NCBI GenBank assembly: GCA_963827085.1
Contig: CAWGZY010000001.1
Coordinates: 117,837 to 181,836 of the forward strand
DNA from: an uncultured Bacteroidota bacterium
Lineage (GTDB): Bacteria; Bacteroidota; Ignavibacteria; UBA10030; UBA8401
Direction of reading: 5' to 3'
DNA: 64,000 nucleotides
How positions within the stretch are numbered: the stretch's first letter is position 1; the number at the start of each line of letters is the position of its first letter. The translations under genes and the position numbers were made by a program. The notes beneath the pieces were generated by a model. That model worked only from the letters and a program-made list of their open reading frames with translations, ran no database searches and was not told the DNA's origin. Positions 60,011 to 64,000 of the stretch are shown piece after piece.

Positions 60011-60874
60011 TCACACTGTTATCAAAGCCTTCAACACCGCTTGCCGTGCCACGTCGACGGGAAAAGGCATTCCTGTCCACAATTCAAACGCCTTTGCCCC
60101 TTGATAAACAAACATTTCCACTCCGTTGATCGTTGCCGCGCCATCCGCTTTTGCCTTGCGCAGGAACGCCGTTTCGACAGGAGTGTATATAATATCGAAA
60201 ATTATTTGATGATTTGAAAATCGAATTGTCGAAGGGATAGGAAGGCCGTCGATGTTTGGCGTCATACCGGCGGGTGTTGTATTCACCACCAGCTCCGAAT
60301 CTGCGATGACGGCTGGAAAATGCCGCATATCGGGTAAATTTTCATAGGCAATGTCCGGAAACATCTTCCGGAAGTCATCGGCAACCTGTCCGGCCCGGCT
60401 GGGTGTACGGTTATAGAAACGGACTGATGCCGGTGAAAAGTTCTTTGAGATCGCGTACGCGGCAGCCCTCGCACCTCCTCCGGCACCGAGGATAACGACG
60501 GATGCATTGCGAATTCTTCCTTTGAAAGGCTCGAGTGCCTGCTGAATTCCCGTAACGTCGGTATTGTAACCGGTAAACTTGCCATCATGATTGACAATGG
60601 TATTGACGGCCCCGATTGTTACGGCGTCTTCGTCCACAGTATCGAGCCATGGAATGATGCGCTGTTTATGGGGAATGGTAACGTTGGCACCGGCGAATCC
60701 ACTTTTTCGCATGGATGCTACCAGCGCCGGAAGAAATTCATCGACGACGTCAAACACGCCGTATGTGAACGGTATGCGGAGTTCGGCGAATGCCGCTGTG
60801 TGCATCGCCGGCGAGAGAGTGTGAGCGATCGAGTGTCCGATAATACCGACACGTTGATGTGATTGCGATTTCAT
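60011..60874 (-). CDS. aroE: shikimate dehydrogenase
   Basis: HTLSPAMH, NVTIPHK, GAVNT, NTDVTG, GAGGGAR, YQGAKAFELWTG. Confidence 0.96.
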   Translation of the reverse strand: MKSQSHQRVGIIGHSIAHTLSPAMHTAAFAELRIPFTYGVFDVVDEFLPALVASMRKSGFAGANVTIPHKQRIIPWLDTVDEDAVTIGAVNTIVNHDGKFTGYNTDVTGIQQALEPFKGRIRNASVVILGAGGGARAAAYAISKNFSPASVRFYNRTPSRAGQVADDFRKMFPDIAYENLPDMRHFPAVIADSELVVNTTPAGMTPNIDGLPIPSTIRFSNHQIIFDIIYTPVETAFLRKAKADGAATINGVEMFVYQGAKAFELWTGMPFPVDVARQAVLKALITV

Positions 60875-60915
60875 GAGAATAATATTAGAAACTTATCTTA
60901 TGCATTGAAAGATGT

Positions 60916-61177
60916 CCACGAAGAACACGAAAAGGCACGAAGTGTGAAGCTCGTATTACGAAAATCAACGCTTTATCCTATAAATAATTATCGAGTGGAC
61001 ATCTTCACAAATACGTTCTCTTAGTCCCTTTCGTGGATGTAACGGACCCACGAAGGACACGAAAAGACACAAAGGTAAAAGCTCACTTTACCAGAATCAG
61101 CGTTTTTCTCATAAAGAATTTATCAAGGGGAAATCTGCAAAAATACGTTCTCTTAGTGTCCTTCGTGACCTTCGTGG
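60916..61177. repeat. two tandem diverged ~125-bp palindrome-bounded units
   Basis: 60916-61036 and 61048-61177: CCACGAAG.ACACGAAAAG.CAC.AAG...AAATACGTTCTCTTAGT...TTCGTGG. Confidence 0.75.
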
Positions 61178-61212
61178 ATTGTTTCATGCTTTTGTAACAC
61201 CGGTGAGAAATT

Positions 61213-61247
61213 AAAAAACCTAATCTCGCCGTTCCGGGATTAGGTTT
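61213..61247 (-). terminator. intrinsic terminator of the TPR gene
   Basis: AAACCTAATCCCG..CGAGATTAGGTTTTTT on the minus strand. Confidence 0.75.
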
Positions 61248-61277
61248 CGAGTATAAAGCCATAGTGTCAGAAAAACC

Positions 61278-62703
61278 TTATCGCTGGAGCAGCGAAGAAA
61301 ATTCTTTGATCGACTTCACACCCAGGAATTCGGTTTCGAACCTCTTGCGGAGGTCGCTGTGCAGTGCGAACGCCGACTTCAAAGAGTCGACTGCATCCAG
61401 CATCTTTTTCATCACGAAGAGTACCTTCGCGCGGGTATAATACGCTTCCGCGAACTGCTGGTTGATCTCGATGCAGCGATTCAACGCTTTCAGCGCTTCT
61501 TTCAAATACCCCAGTTCGAACAGTGTGTCGCCGTAGTCGAACCAGGCCTCGTAATTTTTTTTATCGAGCTGCACAACCATTTTGTAGCCGATCAGGCATT
61601 CACGGTATTTTCCCAGATTGTATTCAACGTCTGCTTTGGCGTACCATAACTCCGGATAATCGCGGCAAATTTCGAGCGCACGGTTATAGTCCTGCAGCGC
61701 CTTTTTATATTGCTCGAGCGTATCGTAGCAGCTCCCGCGTCCGAAGAACGATTCGTAATGCTCGTTGTCGTATTTGATCGCTTGCGTGAAACATTTAATC
61801 GCTTCGGTATAATTTCCCAGCTCCTCGTACGCATTCCCCATATTATGCCATGCGGGGACATCCTTCGATTCATGGCGGAGTGTTTGCGAATAACATTCGA
61901 CCGCTTCGTGGAACTTTCCCATGTTGGCGAATGCATTGCCTTTGTTATACCATGCAGCGCCGAAATCATCCTTGATGGCTATGCACATGTCGTAGCTGTC
62001 TATCGAACGGGTAAAATCACCCATCCGATTCAAGACGATGCCCCGGTTGTACCATGCATTATAATTGTACAGGATCGAGGTTGAGATGTTCGTCGTAACA
62101 TTTGAGAGATTCTTCAAGCCGGTCCATAAAGTCATAGCAAAACCCGAGCTCGAACATTGCATCTTTGTTTTCTTTATTTTCTTTCAGCAGGAACTCAAAA
62201 ATCTCTGCGGCATCTTTGTACCGCTCTATTTTTTCGAGTGTCACTGCTTTATTAAAGAGGGCCTCATCGCTGCCGGGTTCAATCGACAAGGCCTTCTCAA
62301 AACTTTCGAGGGCTTCATCGACTCTGTTGGCATTATCGAACGTAATGCCAAGATTGATATATATTTCGCATTCATTCGGATTGAGGCTCACGGCGCGCTC
62401 ATAACATTCGATTGCCTCGTCGTACCGGTACATGTTATTTAAAATCATCCCCCTGCGTACCCACGCGTCCGAGCTGTACGGGACAAACTCGATCAACTGG
62501 TCGGCAAAGTGCAGCGCTTCATCGAACTTTTCCTGTTCGAAATAAAAATCCACAATCTCCTCAAGCGCCTCTATGGTCCGGATCCCATTTCCCCCTTTTT
62601 TCAGGATATCCTTGTAACGCTCAATCTCCTCATTCCGGTCATTACGCCGTGGGGGCTGGCTTCCTAACTCATCGTCAAAATTGTCGGAATCCAAATGAGA
62701 CAT
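61278..62703 (-). pseudogene. multi-TPR protein split by a 1-nt insertion (or sequencing error)
   Basis: ORFs 62059-62703 and 61278-62162 join as ...HLNLDP|YNYNAWYNRG if one base at ~62070 is removed (~474 aa). Confidence 0.85.
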
Positions 62704-62910
62704 ACGATTTGCGATTGGTTGATGGCATGATTGCTTGTTTTAATTAAACAAAAAAGCCGTTTTAAGTCAATAGCGGCAGGGCGCAACTCAAGTAATTTAA
62801 CGGCGAGTCCAATTGATAGTTAAACTTAAAGCATAAGTGAGGAAGAGTTACGCTATCTTCTTTATTGTTTTTGAAGCTTTAATGAGCTATATTTAATATT
62901 CAAGCCGCAA

Positions 62911-63612
62911 ATGATCGCTGAAAACGTTAAAAATATACAGGAAAAGATTAAAAATGCCTGTATCGCGGCAGGGCGAAATCCGGACTCAGTCGCGCTGATT
63001 GCCGTTTCAAAGACTTTTGGGCGCCATGAGATTGAGGAGGTGGCTCAAGCCGGTGTTCTTGACGTGGGAGAGAATTACGTTCAAGAAATCAGGGAGAAAC
63101 GGACGCAGGTTGTAGAGCCCGCTATCCGCTGGCATTTTATCGGCCATTTGCAGTCAAACAAAGTTAAATATATTGCCGACTGGGTTCATTTGATCCATTC
63201 AGTCGACAATGAGAATGTTGCGGCAGAGATTCAAAAGCGGGGAGCAAAGTTCGGTCGAGTGATTGACGTATTGATAGAAGTGAATACGTCGGGGGAGCGT
63301 TCGAAATTTGGCGTTACACCCGGCAAAGCGTTAGATTTGGTTCGAAAGCTTTCAACACAGCCGAACATCAGGATGCAGGGATTAATGACAATCAGTTCGT
63401 ACTTGCCCGACCCTGAGGAGTCACGACCATCGTTTCGGTTGTTGAAAAGAGTCTTTGATGATATTAACGCAGCCGATATTCTGCCGGAACCGATGAAGCA
63501 TCTCTCGATGGGAATGACGCACGACTTCACGGTAGCAATTGAAGAAGGCTCTACAATGGTACGGATCGGCACGGCGATTTTCGGGACAAGGCCAAAACCA
63601 AACGTTCACTGA
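62911..63612 (+). CDS. yggS: PLP homeostasis protein
   Basis: LIAVSKT, GENYVQE, WHFIGHLQSNK, LSMGM, VRIGTAIFG. Confidence 0.96.
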   Translation: MIAENVKNIQEKIKNACIAAGRNPDSVALIAVSKTFGRHEIEEVAQAGVLDVGENYVQEIREKRTQVVEPAIRWHFIGHLQSNKVKYIADWVHLIHSVDNENVAAEIQKRGAKFGRVIDVLIEVNTSGERSKFGVTPGKALDLVRKLSTQPNIRMQGLMTISSYLPDPEESRPSFRLLKRVFDDINAADILPEPMKHLSMGMTHDFTVAIEEGSTMVRIGTAIFGTRPKPNVH

Positions 63613-63623
63613 AGGAGGCATCG

Positions 63624-64000
63624 ATGAAACTCACACCTCTCGATATAAAAAAACAGGAGTTCAAGAAAGTTCTTCGCGGATACGACCCCGTTGAGGTGGA
63701 TTCATTTTTGGATATGATGTCAAATGAATTTGCCGATTTGCTGAGACAGTCCAAGGAAATGAGCGGCCAGCTCGTCGAATTTGAAACACAGCTTCGCGAT
63801 TACCGGCAGATGGAAAAGACTTTACAGCAGACCCTTATGCAGGCACAGGAGGCAAGCGGGAGATCGATCGAGAACTCCCGGAAAGAGGGGCAGCTCATCA
63901 TCCAGGAATCGGAGTTGAAGGCAAACCAGCTTCTGGACCGTGCACGAATGGATCTGTCCAGAACGCGAGAAGAGATCGCAAATCTCCGGTCGAAAAAAGA
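63624..64000 (+). CDS. divIVA: DivIVA-domain protein, 5' part (runs off the window)
   Basis: MKLTPLDIKKQEFKKVLRGYDPVEVDSFLD followed by coiled coil; RBS aaggagg. Confidence 0.92.
   Translation, partial: MKLTPLDIKKQEFKKVLRGYDPVEVDSFLDMMSNEFADLLRQSKEMSGQLVEFETQLRDYRQMEKTLQQTLMQAQEASGRSIENSRKEGQLIIQESELKANQLLDRARMDLSRTREEIANLRSKK

Overview
A 64-kb bacterial chromosomal segment. Gene content, Shine-Dalgarno-type RBSs and sigma70-like TTGNNN-N17-TATATT promoters suggest an Ignavibacteria-like member of the Bacteroidota/Chlorobiota group; this is inference, not a database result. The backbone is housekeeping, envelope and signalling genes (dxr 5' end, ppiD, ClC, aroK/aroB/aroE, suhB, murA, ligA, rodZ, larE, yggS, divIVA, several kinases and regulators). 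It also has a rearranged kdpC-(small ORF)-kdpF-kdpA-kdpB...kdpD-kdpE locus and a nikR/TonB-receptor operon. The most striking feature is a 4,073-bp, AT-richer IS1-family cargo transposon (27551-31623; 16-bp perfect terminal inverted repeats, 8-bp duplication TGTTTATT) inserted between kdpB and kdpD. It carries extra nested IS ends and two copies of a promoter plus covarying structured-RNA module, whose three-way junction is complementary to an upstream hairpin loop, reminiscent of phage c4/CI antisense RNAs. It also has two candidate minus-strand small RNAs with twin promoters, a leaderless HTH gene and several orphan cargo genes. Other accessory signals are Pho-box-like phased repeats before a GT4/metallophosphoesterase/HAD operon, a RAYT with REP/REPIN palindromes, a DUF559 nuclease framed by its own palindrome family, and several MITE-like shells enclosing one class of imperfect palindrome.
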